In this document: positions 53,367 to 64,000 of the stretch, piece after piece
Layout: each line of letters begins with the position of its first letter
How positions within the stretch are numbered: position 1 is the first letter of the stretch
Assembly (NCBI GenBank): GCA_965261735.1
Contig: OZ253470.1
Location: forward strand, 1,536,001-1,600,000
From: Alphaproteobacteria bacterium
GTDB taxonomy: Bacteria; Pseudomonadota; Alphaproteobacteria; SHVV01
Direction of reading: 5' to 3'
Length of the DNA: 64,000 nt
Program-made: the position numbers and the translations under genes
Notes under the pieces: generated by a model
The model's input: the letters and a program-made list of their open reading frames with translations, nothing else
What the model was told of the DNA's origin: nothing
Database searches by the model: none

Positions 53367-55658
53367 CTACCATCGCGCGCCGCTTGCTGGGTCAGCAGCC
53401 GGAAGAGAGAGAGCAACCCCGCTGCCTGCATTGCCGACACTCGGTTCGCCGAGCCACTCGTTGAGCTTCGACCAGCGCCGCCGTCCCGAGACATTGCGCA
53501 CGGCAATGGCCACCGCCTTCTTTTGTCCGACCAGCACGACCAGCCGCTTGCCGCGCGTCACGCCGGTGTAGAGCAGGTTCCGCTGGAGCATCGCGTAGTG
53601 CTGCGTCAGGACGGGGATGACGACCGCGGGATACTCCGAGCCCTGGCTCTTGTGAATCGTCGCGGCGTATGCCGGAACCAGGGTGTCGAGTTCGCCGAAA
53701 CCATAGGTGAGCGCGCGCCCGTCGAAACGTGCGGTCAGTTCGCCTTCATCGGGATCGACATCGTCGACATAGCCGATGTCACCGTTATAGACCTCCTTGT
53801 CGTAGTCGTTTTCTATCTGCATCACCTTGTCGCCGGGCGCGAAGGTCCAGCCGAAGCGCTCGACCTTGCGCTCGCCGGCGGGATTGAGGGCGGCCTGAAG
53901 CTCGATGTTGAGCGAGCGGGCGCCGGCGCCGCCGCGGTTCATCGGGCACAACACCTGAATGTCGCGCACCGGGTCGAGCCCGAAGCGCTTCGGGATGCGC
54001 GTCCTTACCAACTCGATGATCATAGGGACCGCGGTTTCCGGATCGTCCGCCTGCACGAAGTAGAAGTCGCTGTCGCCCTCGGGTTTGGAAAGATTGGGAA
54101 TGGCGCCCCGGTTGATCCCGTGCGCGCTGGTGACGATCCGGCTTCGCGCCGCCTGACGGAATACCTCGGTCAGCCGCACGACGGGGACCGCGCCGGAAGC
54201 GATGATGTCGGCCAGCACCTGGCCCGGACCGACCGACGGTAGTTGGTCGATGTCGCCGACGATCAACAGAGCGGCTTCGTCGGGAACCGCCATCAGCAAT
54301 GCCCGCATCAGCATGACATCCACCATCGAGGTCTCGTCGACGACCAGAAGCCCGCAGTCGAGCGGATTGTCGGCGTTGCGCTTGAATCCCCCGCCCCTGG
54401 GATCGACCTCAAGCAGCCGATGGATCGTCATGGCCTCGAACCCGGTGGCCTCCGTCATTCGTTTGGCGGCACGGCCGGTCGGCGCGCAGAGCAGCAAGGT
54501 CACGCCCTTGGCGTCCAGGATGCGCAGGATGGCGTTGACGATGGTCGTCTTGCCCACGCCCGGCCCGCCGGTGATGACCATGGCCTTGGAGTTCAGGGCC
54601 AGGCGAACCGCATCGGCCTGGCTCGCCGCAAGCGACAGGCCGGTCTTTCCCTCGACCCACGGTAGCGCCTTTGCGGCATCGATATCCGGCCAGGGGAGCC
54701 TGCCGCCCGCGATCTTCATAAACCGTTCGCCGATCGCCCGTTCGGCCCGGTACAGGCCACCAAGGAATATACAGGGCGTTCCGGCGACCGTGTCCGCGAC
54801 AACCGTTCCCTCGGCCAGTTCGAAGTCCAGAGCGGTTTGAACCAACTCATTCGGGACTTCCAGCAATTCAACGGAGAGCGGCGCAAGCTCTTCGGCGGGA
54901 AGGCCGCAATGGCCGTCGTCCATCGCCTCGGTCAGCGCATGGGAAATCCCCGCGCGCACCCGGATCATTGCTGTTTTCTCGATGCCGAGCTTCATGGCGA
55001 TCGCGTCGGCGGTCTTGAACCCGATGCCGCGAATGTCGCGGGCAAGGCGGTACGGGTTCTCGGTCATGACCTGAACGGCATCCACGCCGTAGGTCTTGTA
55101 GATCCGCACCGCCCGCGCCGTGCCGACGCCATGGCTGTGCAGGAACACCATGATCTCCCGGATGACCTTCTGCTCGGCCCAGGCGTCGGTGATGCGTTTG
55201 GCGCGCACCCGGCCGATGCCGGTTACCTCGCGCAGCCGTTCCGGCTCCGCCTCGATGATGTCGAACACCTTCTCGCCAAACGCCTTGACCATCTTCCCGG
55301 CATAGACCGGCCCGATGCCGCGGATCATGCCGGAGCCGAGGTATTTCTCGATGCCCTCGATCGACGAGGGCTCCGAGGTGCGCATGAAGCGCGCCTTGAA
55401 CTGCTGACCATGGGTGCGGTCGTTGATCCATTCCCCCGATGCGGTTATCCACTCCCCGGCCGAGACCATGGCAGCGTGGCCGACGACCGTGACCAGATCG
55501 CGATGGCCCCGGGCCTTTGTTCTCAGAACGCAGAACCCGTTATCGGGATTGTGGAACGTCACACGCTCGACCAGGCCGGCCAGAACCTCTCGGTTCGGCG
55601 ATGGCCCGAGCGGGTTCGCCGGCCGATCTTTCACGCCACCGGCAAGATTCGGCGTCAT
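53367..55658 (-). CDS. recD2: RecD2-like ATP-dependent DNA helicase
   Basis: HhH GIGP, TGGPGVGKTT, VDETSM, GDIDQLPSVGPG, TIHKSQGSE, YTGVTR. Confidence 0.92.
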   Translation of the reverse strand: MTPNLAGGVKDRPANPLGPSPNREVLAGLVERVTFHNPDNGFCVLRTKARGHRDLVTVVGHAAMVSAGEWITASGEWINDRTHGQQFKARFMRTSEPSSIEGIEKYLGSGMIRGIGPVYAGKMVKAFGEKVFDIIEAEPERLREVTGIGRVRAKRITDAWAEQKVIREIMVFLHSHGVGTARAVRIYKTYGVDAVQVMTENPYRLARDIRGIGFKTADAIAMKLGIEKTAMIRVRAGISHALTEAMDDGHCGLPAEELAPLSVELLEVPNELVQTALDFELAEGTVVADTVAGTPCIFLGGLYRAERAIGERFMKIAGGRLPWPDIDAAKALPWVEGKTGLSLAASQADAVRLALNSKAMVITGGPGVGKTTIVNAILRILDAKGVTLLLCAPTGRAAKRMTEATGFEAMTIHRLLEVDPRGGGFKRNADNPLDCGLLVVDETSMVDVMLMRALLMAVPDEAALLIVGDIDQLPSVGPGQVLADIIASGAVPVVRLTEVFRQAARSRIVTSAHGINRGAIPNLSKPEGDSDFYFVQADDPETAVPMIIELVRTRIPKRFGLDPVRDIQVLCPMNRGGAGARSLNIELQAALNPAGERKVERFGWTFAPGDKVMQIENDYDKEVYNGDIGYVDDVDPDEGELTARFDGRALTYGFGELDTLVPAYAATIHKSQGSEYPAVVIPVLTQHYAMLQRNLLYTGVTRGKRLVVLVGQKKAVAIAVRNVSGRRRWSKLNEWLGEPSVGNAGSGVALSLPAADPASGARW

Positions 55659-58069
55659 CCTGTTCGATCCAACTCGGCCAATCGTTCGATCAACCGTGTC
55701 TTGCGTTCGTGCCGTAGCCGAAGCGCGTTCAGGTGACCGGAGAAGGTCGCCATCGCATCGTCCTCCTCGGCCAATGCCCGCAAGTCGACAAGCAAGGCTG
55801 TCGCACGGTCGTAACCATTGGCGTTACGCTTCTCGATCTCGCTTTCGATCTCGCGCCACACGTCCTTCCCCCGCAGCCTGAGGACATCAAGACGCGCACG
55901 CCGCGCCTCCTCCGTCTCGCGTTCCCGACGCACCCGCTCGGCCTCTCGCCGTTCCACTTCGGCGGCCTCGCGCCCCTCGCGGATCGCCGCCGCGCGGACA
56001 CGCAGAGCGGATACCGTCCGAAGGCCCGCCTGCATGCCTCCGGCCGCCGGCGGTACAGCCTCTCGGACACGATTGCGAACCTCCGCCGCCACATGAGGGT
56101 CGCCCTCGGCGAGGCGATGAAGCAACGCCGCCTTCTCGGCTGCCGGGATGGCCGCAACAGCGGCACGGATAGCTTCGGACGAAAGCGCCTGACTTGCGGC
56201 ATTGGCGGCCGCTTCGGCGGCCGCCTGCACGAGATCGGAGTCGATGCGGAAGAAGCCGGCGAAGGCTTCGAGGCCGCCGGTCAGAGGGCCGATGCCCGGA
56301 ATCGGCTCCCGTTCTTCGTCCCGCAGGCTCCCGTTGTCCACTGCCGCGAGCCAGATGAGATAAGGCAGGCGCCAGTCACCAGAAATCAGTTCGGCCCGCA
56401 GTGGCGCCAGCGCGCCGAGCCAACCGGAGCCGTCGTCCCAGTCATCGTATTCGGGCGGATCGCAGTCGTCGTAAATGTCGAGGATCAGATACTCACCCAA
56501 CTCCATGACTTCCGCCAGATCGCCGCCGCGCAGGAAGACGTCGAGCCGGGTGCGGTCGACAAGCCGTTTAGGCAGCCGGATCATCAGCCGGCGCGTTCCC
56601 CAGTTGGCGAGATAGAGATGCAGGTCGAACCAGCGCTCCATGAGTCGCTGCGGATCGCCCTTGAAGTCGCCCCATTCATAGTGATTGGTGAAACTCGTGG
56701 CCGTAATCCGCGCCCGCGTCGACAACGTCCGCAGCGCTTCCCTGTCCGCCTCGCCGAGCGGGCGGCCGGCGATGAATTGATGGAGCTTGAAGGCGAATAG
56801 CGGCTCGCCGTTTCCATCGGGTACACCGCGCAAGTTCTCCGGCGTGCTGAAGCCGATCAGGGCGTTCCGGAGAGCCACCGCGCAGTCTTCTTCGGAAAGC
56901 CCGCAATCCGCTGCCAGCGCTGCAGCAGCCCGCTCACGCGAAACGGGGCTCGCCCGCTCGGGCTTGTGATCGACATTCTTCAAGCCGATCCGTGTCTCGA
57001 TCCAGATGGCCAGATCGTCCTGCGCCAGATCGACGTTCGTGCGCCCGTGGCCGACATTGCCCTTCAGGGCGGCCTCGACCGCCGCCGCGAGCCCGGGCAA
57101 TTCGCGTTCGCCGCTCCTGGACGCGTCGGTCACACGGCGGAGCGTTTCCGTAACGACCGCGTCCGCCCCGATCCGGGCACTGAAGATTTTCGAGGCAACT
57201 TGGGCTACCGCGGCGTTCTTCTCTTCCGTGTCGCCCTCGCTTGCCATGGTCGCGGATGTGCCGACGCAGACCGGCGGGTGCTTCGGATCGCCGATCCGCG
57301 CTTTGAGGCGGCGCATCAGCATCGCCACGTCCGCGCCCTGGCGCCCGCGGTAGGTGTGCAACTCATCGAGCACGACGAACCGCAGGCCGCGGCAGTTCTC
57401 GATGACCTTCCGGTCGAGATCGTTCTGCCGCGTCATCAGCAGTTCGAGCATCATGAAGTTGGTGAGCAGGATGTCCGGCGGGTTGTTCTTGATGCGCTCG
57501 CGTTCGTCGGCGCCTTCCTGGCCGGTGTATCGCGCGAAGGTTGGAGTATGGGGGTGGCCCGCACCGAGATAGCGCCGCAGCTCTTCCATCTGGCTGTTGG
57601 CAAGCGCGTTCATCGGATAAATGACGATGGCGCGGGTTCTGGGAGCGTCACCCGCTTTCCGCGCCTTGATCGCGGCGTCGATGATGGGAATGAAGAAACA
57701 CAGCGACTTCCCCGAGCCGGTGCCGGTCGTGACGGCGTAACTCTGATTGCTCAGGGCATAGCCGACCGCCTGTTGTTGGTGCTTGCGGAGCTTGAGCGTT
57801 CGATCCCGGTCGCTGCCGGAGACGGAGAGGTCCCGAAACACTTCAGCGCATTCCGGTTCCAGGTCGCCGGCGTCGATGAAATCCTGTATCGAGCCGCCGC
57901 CGGCGTAGTGCGGATTGAGCTGGATCAGCGGCTCTGGCCAGAATCGCTTGGCCGCGTACAGTTCATCGACCTTCGCGTTCAACTCCGGCGAGCGGATGTT
58001 GGTAAATGAACGCGCGAAAGCCTTGTAGCGATCGATGACGGTTTTATCGAGATCAAATACGTCCATCAC
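55655..58069 (-). pseudogene. Chimeric ORF: N-terminal half of a DEAD/DEAH-box helicase fused in frame to a 5'-truncated conserved hypothetical protein
   Basis: TGTGSGKS, LDELH and TSAT present but no helicase motifs V/VI; abrupt switch at KLHQFIAG|RPLGEADREAL near 56765. Confidence 0.7.
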
Positions 58070-58208
58070 AGGCTCTCGGCGAAAGCGGTTCGCGCAGGCC
58101 GCTTTCGTAGAATTGTCCGTCGGTCTTGCGGCCGGCGTGCCGATGGATCGTCATCAAGGCTGAGGCGTTTCAGCATCCCCTGGAGCGGTGCTTTGCGGAT
58201 GACGCCCA

Positions 58209-59390
58209 TCAGGCTTTTTCCTGTCCTTCGAACCGCCCAAGCATCTCGCCCAGAGCAGTCAGCGGAACCACCTCTCCGTCTCGCCGGGATTGACGATCCG
58301 AACCTCCATAGACGACAGCCCTGGCCGCGATTTGCGGAAGCGATTTCGCTACACGGCTGAGCGAATCGAACCAGTCGGAGGCGACCGTCGCGCCCGACTT
58401 GATCTCGATGGCTCCCATGCCGTTGCCATTCTCATAGAGGAGGTCGCACTCCAAACCGTGGATATCGCGGAAAAAGGACAGATTGGATCGGCGGCCCCGA
58501 TTGAAACGGTGCTTGAGGACCTCCACCACGACCGCATTCTCGAACAGCGGCCCGCGAAGCGGATGGGTGCTCAGCTGTCCGGCATGTTCGATGCCGATGA
58601 GGTGGCTCGCCAGCCCGACATCGTAGAAATAGAGCTTGGGCGTCTTGACCAGCCGCTTGCGGATGTTGGCGTGAAACGGTGGGAGCCGGAAAACGACGTA
58701 GCTTGCTTCCAGGACCGTCAGCCAATGGCCTGCCGTGGTGTGGGAGACGCCGGCATCCGCGCCCAGGGAAGAAAAATTGGCCAGTTGCCCGACGCGCCCG
58801 GCGCACAAACGGACAAACCGGCGGAAGTTTGCGAGATTGCGGATCTCCCCGATCCGGCGCACATCGCGCTCAACATAGGTCTCGAAATAGTCGCCGAGCG
58901 CCTGCCGGGGGTCAAGCTTTCGGTCGTGAATCCGGGGATAGAAGCCGGAATACAGGATGTCGTCGATGCTGTCACTCGCGCCCGTCCGCTGGCGTTCGGC
59001 AAGCGAGAACGGCAGCAGGCGGAGCAATGCCGTGCGCCCGGCGAGCGATTGGCTTATGGCATCGGAGAGCCGGAACTGCTCGCTGCCCGTCAGCACGAAG
59101 AGGCTGTTCCGTCCCAATTCGTCGGCCAATACCTGCAGGTAGGACAGGAGTTCGGGGACGCGCTGAATCTCATCCAGGATGGCGCCTTCGCCCAAACGTG
59201 CAAGAAAGCCCCTTGGATCGGATTCGGCGAATTCCCGCTGGTCGGGCGCTTCCAGATTGACGTATTCGAGATGCGGGAAGGCCGCGCGGCACAGCGTGGT
59301 TTTGCCGGACTGCCTTGGACCGGTCACGGTGACAAATGGATACTGCTCGAACAGCCCGGTCAGGCAGGGGGTAATCTCGCGCTCAATCAT
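58209..59390 (-). CDS. AAA-family ATP-binding protein with DUF4143-like C-terminus
   Basis: TGPRQSGKTT, LDEIQ, LTGS, SLAGR, KTPKLYFYDVGL, ECDL...AIEIK. Confidence 0.88.
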   Translation of the reverse strand: MIEREITPCLTGLFEQYPFVTVTGPRQSGKTTLCRAAFPHLEYVNLEAPDQREFAESDPRGFLARLGEGAILDEIQRVPELLSYLQVLADELGRNSLFVLTGSEQFRLSDAISQSLAGRTALLRLLPFSLAERQRTGASDSIDDILYSGFYPRIHDRKLDPRQALGDYFETYVERDVRRIGEIRNLANFRRFVRLCAGRVGQLANFSSLGADAGVSHTTAGHWLTVLEASYVVFRLPPFHANIRKRLVKTPKLYFYDVGLASHLIGIEHAGQLSTHPLRGPLFENAVVVEVLKHRFNRGRRSNLSFFRDIHGLECDLLYENGNGMGAIEIKSGATVASDWFDSLSRVAKSLPQIAARAVVYGGSDRQSRRDGEVVPLTALGEMLGRFEGQEKA

Positions 59391-59961
59391 GGGCGCACCG
59401 TAGTGTGGCGATGATGTAATTGCAAACCACACTTGCAATCAATGCGAAAAGCGCTCAGTTATGAGTGGCCTCTCTGCCACCGGCGTAATGGCGCTGGGCT
59501 CTACAGGGCAGGCCCAGAAATACCCAATCCGGGTTGTGAACAGCCGCTTGCAAATCTTCTTGAGAAGGCCGTTCGATGGTCAGTCCGTTCGTTACTGCCT
59601 TCGCAAAAAGCAGATCGAGCGCGACCCAGATCGTCATCTTGATCTGGCATTCATAACGCACGTTTCCGGTTCGCTCTTTGGAGGATACAGGAGCATCAAG
59701 GTTTGCAGCTGCTCGACCCGGTTTTTCCCTTTCGGTTTCCCTGCGCCTTCGTATTGCCTTTTTCCGTCACGGCCCGTCGCCTTCAGGATCATGCAGATGA
59801 ACGCGATTAGGCGTCCAAAGAGATAGTCGACCTGTTCGAGGAATCACAGGCCTTCCTGCGTGGTTTCGGAATGCCGGATACGAAAGCCGTTGCTGATCTT
59901 TAGAAAGCGCTGGGGACACCTTGAGTTTCAAGCTCTGGTGCGGCGTTGGATGACGGGTCAT

Positions 59962-61395
59962 GATCGTGTCCCGCGGAGTGGTGTAAGAGCGTTGCGCTCT
60001 ACGCGGCTCCCGGCGTGTAGGGCCGGGACGTTCAGGCTGCCACGGTGGGCAGCGTGATGGGGACACCATCGCTCAGCGGAGCGATGGATTCCAGCGTCAT
60101 GTATCTCCTTGAGACGGCCCACTCGTCGTTCTGCTCGAGAAGGATGGCGCCGACGAGCCGTGTGATGGCGGCTTCGTTGGGAAAGATACCGACGACGTTG
60201 GTGCGACGCTTGACCTCGGCATGGAGCCGTTCGATCGGGTTTGTGGAGTGCAATTTCTGGCGGTGCTCCCTGGGGAAGCTCATGTAGGCGAGGACGTCGT
60301 GCTCGGCTTCGTCCATGAGAACTGCCAGCTTGGGCACCTTGGGCCTGAGCTGGTCGGCGACCTGGCGCCACTGGACCTTCGCGCTGTCGGCGTCCTCCTG
60401 GGCGAAGGCGGAGACGACGCGCCGGCCCTGGCGGCCGGCATGGGCCAGCAGGTTGCGGGCGAAGTGCACGCGGCAGCGCTGCCATGTGGCGCCGAGGATC
60501 CGGGTCGCGGCGGCCTTCAGGCCCTTGTGGTCGTCGGAGATCACCAGCTTCACGCCGCGCAGCCCGCGCCGGGCCAGCGAGCGCAGGAACTCGGTCCAGA
60601 AGGTCTCGGCCTCCGACGCGCCGATCGCCACGCCCAGGACCTCGCGGCGGCCTTGGTCGTTGACGGCCACAGCCACGGTCACCGCGACCGAGACGATGCG
60701 TCCGATCTGGCGCACCTTCACGTAGGTGGCGTCGAGCCACAGATAGGGCCAGTCGCCCTCCAGCGGTCGATCGAGGAAGCCGGTGACCTTATCGTCGATC
60801 TCGCCGCACAGCCTGGAGACCTGGCTCTTGGAGGCGCCCGACATCCCCATCGCCTGAACCAGATCGTCGACCGAGCGGGTCGACACCCCCTGGATGTAGG
60901 CCTCCTGGATCACCGCAGCCAGCGCCTTCTCGGCCATCCGCCGCGGCTCCAGGAAGCCCGGGAAGTAGCTTCCCTTCCTCAACTTCGGGATCTTCAGCTC
61001 GACCGTGCCGGCCCGCGTCTCCCAGGACCGGTCGCGGTAGCCGTTGCGATGGGTGATACGATCCGCCGAGCGCTCGCCGTGCCCGGCGCCGGTCAGGCCC
61101 TCAACCTCCAGTGCCATCAGCCGCTCGGCCGTGAAGCCGATCATCTCGCAAAGCAGATCGGCATCGGAGCTCTTCTCCAAAAGCGCGCGCAGGGTCATCA
61201 TGTCCTGGGTCATCGTGGTTCTCCTTCGGGTCAGGTTGGTTTGCACTAGCCCAACCCTAAACCGGAACCGCGATGGCCTCCGCTGTGGATAGCCGGCTTG
61301 CCTACGCCAGACTCTCGGCGGTCGCTACGGCAAGCCGCCTACCCACAGCTAACAGAGGCTCCAACAACTCCTACACCACGTCCTGGGACACGACC
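59962..61395 (-). mobile_element. IS256 family element
   Basis: Imperfect IRs GATCGTGTCCCGCGGAGTGGTGTA / TACACCACGTCCTGGGACACGACC; 8-bp DR CGGGTCAT (59954-59961, 61396-61403). Confidence 0.95.
60032..61213 (-). CDS. IS256 family transposase, probably with a 5-codon internal deletion
   Basis: [28 protein letters not shown]; start taken at MTQD (61213) after GAAGGAG. Confidence 0.9.
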   Translation of the reverse strand: MTQDMMTLRALLEKSSDADLLCEMIGFTAERLMALEVEGLTGAGHGERSADRITHRNGYRDRSWETRAGTVELKIPKLRKGSYFPGFLEPRRMAEKALAAVIQEAYIQGVSTRSVDDLVQAMGMSGASKSQVSRLCGEIDDKVTGFLDRPLEGDWPYLWLDATYVKVRQIGRIVSVAVTVAVAVNDQGRREVLGVAIGASEAETFWTEFLRSLARRGLRGVKLVISDDHKGLKAAATRILGATWQRCRVHFARNLLAHAGRQGRRVVSAFAQEDADSAKVQWRQVADQLRPKVPKLAVLMDEAEHDVLAYMSFPREHRQKLHSTNPIERLHAEVKRRTNVVGIFPNEAAITRLVGAILLEQNDEWAVSRRYMTLESIAPLSDGVPITLPTVAA

Positions 61396-61916
61396 CGGGT
61401 CATTATAATGAAGAACTTGAAGACCTCTGCCTTGTTACGCGACGTTGGTGAAATCATCTGGATTTGAAAATGCCGCTCAATGACGGCTGTTCTAGTTGCC
61501 CGGGTTGGGCCATTGCCCATGAAACCGGCGTGAGAGGGTGTAAATTTCTCCACACGCGCGGCGGCTCTGCAGCTGGAGCTTTTGTTGTTCAGCCGCCCGC
61601 TTGATTCGATGCACATATGCATCGTAGCCGCGCGCCGATTGCGGCGCGCCTGGGGATGGAGATTCTCGAATGCGTCGAGATCCTCGCGCCCGATGCCGCT
61701 GTGTTCGGGGAGCAGAGAGGCGAAGTCGCCCGGCCTGGTGCGGAAAGTATCGGCCTGTTTCAACAGCACAGTGTGGTCCTGAACGACGGCTATCGCGATT
61801 TCGTCGCCAGCACGATCAGGCCGGACTAGCTAGATACGCATGCTCCAATGCCGGCCCTTGCTCTGCTGCTGCCTTTCAGCCTTGTGCTCGGCGCGCTGTT
61901 GCCGCAACTCCCGGAG

Positions 61917-62100
61917 CTACGGAATTTCGCTATCAACCACCGTCGCGGCGGTTTCGGCGGCAGGCACGGTCTTGCCGTTTATCGCCGGCGCGCCGTTGCC
62001 GTTCGGCTTGTCCAAGAATTGGACCCGGCCGCCGGGGACCAGAAGGATCTCGGTCGAGAACCGGTCGCTGTCCTCGCCGTCCTTGCGCCACTTGCGGGTC
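61917..62100 (-). pseudogene. ssb: Single-stranded DNA-binding protein, C-terminal fragment
   Basis: TRKWRKDGEDSDRFSTEI...VQFLD...DSEIP. Confidence 0.65.
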
Positions 62101-62546
62101 CTTGCGCGGTGGGATGACGGCCGTGGTTCCGCGTTCTGCCAGCCAGTCGCGCAGGGCTTTGCTGTCATAGCCCTTGTCGGCGACGAGTTCGGCGGCGGGC
62201 GGCATGGCTTCGATACAGCGTTGGGCGACCTTGGAATCATGGACGTTTCCTGGTGTCAAGAGCAGGACGAGGGGCCTGCCTTTCGCATCGCAGACAGCGT
62301 GGAGCTTGGTGTTGCGGCCCCCCTTGGTGCGGCCGATGCCATGGGCCAAGGCCCCCCTTTTCCGCCGCCGGCGCAGCGATGAACCTTGATGCAGGTTGAA
62401 TCGATGAACAGCCGGTCGGGGGCGTCTTCGCCGCCCGCCAGCGCGCTGAATATCCGTTCCCAGATGCCGCGCGTATCCGTCGGCAAAAGCGGCCCAATCC
62501 GAGCCCATTGCGCATCCGAAAACCAAAAGAAATCCGACATTTCCAT
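62101..62546 (-). mobile_element. IS5 family (IS427-like) transposase remnant
   Basis: FSDAQWARIGPLLP, IDSTCIKVHR, slippery GGAAAAGGGGGG, GRTKGGRNTKLH, ADKGYDS; internal and 3' deletions. Confidence 0.8.
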
Positions 62547-62993
62547 CGCCTCCGGGAGCCAAGGTTCTCACGCCGCGAGTCGACGCCCTGAGCAGTTCAG
62601 CCGTTCACCACCTCAATTCGTCCGGGCCAGCACGGGTTGTCGGAGTTGTCGGAACGGTTGTAAAGGTTCGGTCGGGCCGGTATAGGGCGCGAAGGCGTCG
62701 TGGAATCGGATCCAGCGGGCGATCGGGATCTCCTGGAGGAGTGTCTCCGTTTAACGGATATTCCGATTTTGACACCGGTGTCAATTGCGACTGAAAATTT
62801 CCCACTTTTGTCGATCGAAAATTTCTCACTTTGAGCGTTCGGTCGTACCCCCAGACGCGGTGTTTGGGGTGTCGGACTTGGTCGAGCTGTAGGTAACCGG
62901 GTTGGCGCAGCGACCGCCAAGAGTCTGGCGGCGACAACCCGGTTATCCACAGCGGGCGGGTGTCACCGCTCCTGTCTCCGTTTGAGCCGGCGA

Positions 62994-63791
62994 TCACGCG
63001 GCGGCTCTTTTCCTGCGTCGATCCGAGCCGGACTGCAGCAGGTTCTGATGCTCCTTCATCCGGTAGCTGTTGCCCCGGATGTTGACGATGTGGCAGTGGT
63101 GCACAAGGCGGTCGATGAGAGCCGCCGCCATGACCTCGTCGCCGAGCACGCCACCCCAGTCCTCGAAACCCTTGTTCGACGTCAGCACAGTCGACGCCCT
63201 CTCGTGCCGGGCGTTGATGAGCTGGAAGAAGAGCACGGCGCCGTCCTGGTTGACCGGCAGGTAGCCGATCTCGTCGACCACCAGCAGGGCCGGATGGGTG
63301 AGCACGCGCAGCCGCCGGGTCAGATTGCCGGCGGCCTTGGCCTCGGTGAGGGACTCGATCAGCGCCGCGAGCGTGCCGTAGTAGACGCGCCGGCCGGCCT
63401 CGGCCGCCGCGATCGCGAGGCTGATCGCCAAGTGCGTTTTCCCGACGCCTGGTGGGCCGAGCAGGATCACGTTCTCGCCGCGGTCCAGGAAGCCGAGCTC
63501 GTGCAAGCTCTCGATCTGCTCGCGCTTGATGCTGGGCTGGAAGGCGAAGTCGAACTGATCGAGCGTCTTCACAGCCGGCAGCCGCGAAGAGCGCATGGCG
63601 GTCTGGAGACGGCGGTTGTTGCGCAGCACGATCTGGGCGTTCAGCAACTGCTCGATGGCCTCGGCCGCCGAGATCGTGCCGCCGTCGGCGTCCGAGAGGA
63701 TGCCGTCGACGGCCTCCAGCGCGCCCGGCATCTTGAGGTCCGCCAGCATTGCCCGCAGCCGGTCGCGCCGGGCCGGCGCCGGAGCGTTCAT
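62994..63791 (-). CDS. istB: IS21 helper ATPase IstB
   Basis: KTLDQFDF, GPPGVGKTHLA, VDEIGY, TSNKGF, DRLVHH, GNSYR. Confidence 0.95.
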   Translation of the reverse strand: MNAPAPARRDRLRAMLADLKMPGALEAVDGILSDADGGTISAAEAIEQLLNAQIVLRNNRRLQTAMRSSRLPAVKTLDQFDFAFQPSIKREQIESLHELGFLDRGENVILLGPPGVGKTHLAISLAIAAAEAGRRVYYGTLAALIESLTEAKAAGNLTRRLRVLTHPALLVVDEIGYLPVNQDGAVLFFQLINARHERASTVLTSNKGFEDWGGVLGDEVMAAALIDRLVHHCHIVNIRGNSYRMKEHQNLLQSGSDRRRKRAAA

Positions 63792-64000
63792 TGCAGCGCC
63801 TCCGCATAGACACTAAGCGGTCGCTGCTCGACCTTCACGGTTGCCGGCAGTCGCCGCGGCGCGGGCTCCGGAGCATGCCGGACGCCGAGACGTCGATAGG
63901 GATGGTTCGCCAAGGGGAGAAGCACCGCTCGCTCGTCGCGCTCGAAGCGGTCGACAGGACGCTCCCCGGTCGTGGCATGCCGGCGGACGTTGGCTGTGCC
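63788..64000 (-). CDS. istA: IS21 transposase IstA, C-terminal part
   Basis: ANVRRHATTGERPVDRF...VEQRPLSVY; stop overlaps the istB ATG. Confidence 0.85.
   Translation of the reverse strand, partial: GTANVRRHATTGERPVDRFERDERAVLLPLANHPYRRLGVRHAPEPAPRRLPATVKVEQRPLSVYAEALQ

Larger units (their letters stand above)
62779..64000 (-). mobile_element. IS21 family element, right part; runs off window end
   Basis: Terminal TGTCAA followed by two GAAAATTTC(C/T)CACTTT repeats; istA-istB gene pair. Confidence 0.9.

Noticed and set aside
59433-59961. Gene interrupted by IS256
   Set aside because: Rejoining the flanks gives only short stop-ridden frames with no recognisable family.

Overview
GC-rich alphaproteobacterial chromosome segment. 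Two intact housekeeping blocks (about 1-6.6 kb: SDR, YkvA, three EamA/DMT transporters, YciI, acetoacetate-CoA ligase; about 15.7-23.3 kb: Rieske protein, quinone oxidoreductase, asparaginase II, IalB, rlmN, mug, argG) alternate with IS-invaded, eroding accessory DNA. The window holds near-identical copies of IS5 (x2), IS110/IS1111-type (x2) and IS1595 (x3), plus IS630, IS256, IS21 and several IS fragments, often nested. It also holds degenerate tRNA 3' halves (old att sites) and a decaying ICE/plasmid-like backbone (umuDC-like, ParB, VWA, strawberry-notch helicase, RecD2). Main points: (1) the IS1111-type right ends contain a readable bridge/seek-RNA whose putative guides match the two insertion sites and the donor junction; (2) a JAB-peptidase + E1-like pair lacking the usual catalytic Cys (Bub/Bil-like ubiquitination relic) can be rebuilt in frame after removing three ISs; (3) a 70-bp hairpin carrying a DnaA box, with compensatory substitutions, is shared by the unrelated IS256 and IS21 elements; (4) many short-homology deletions create chimeric ORFs. 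Family calls come from motif recognition by eye; no database search was run.
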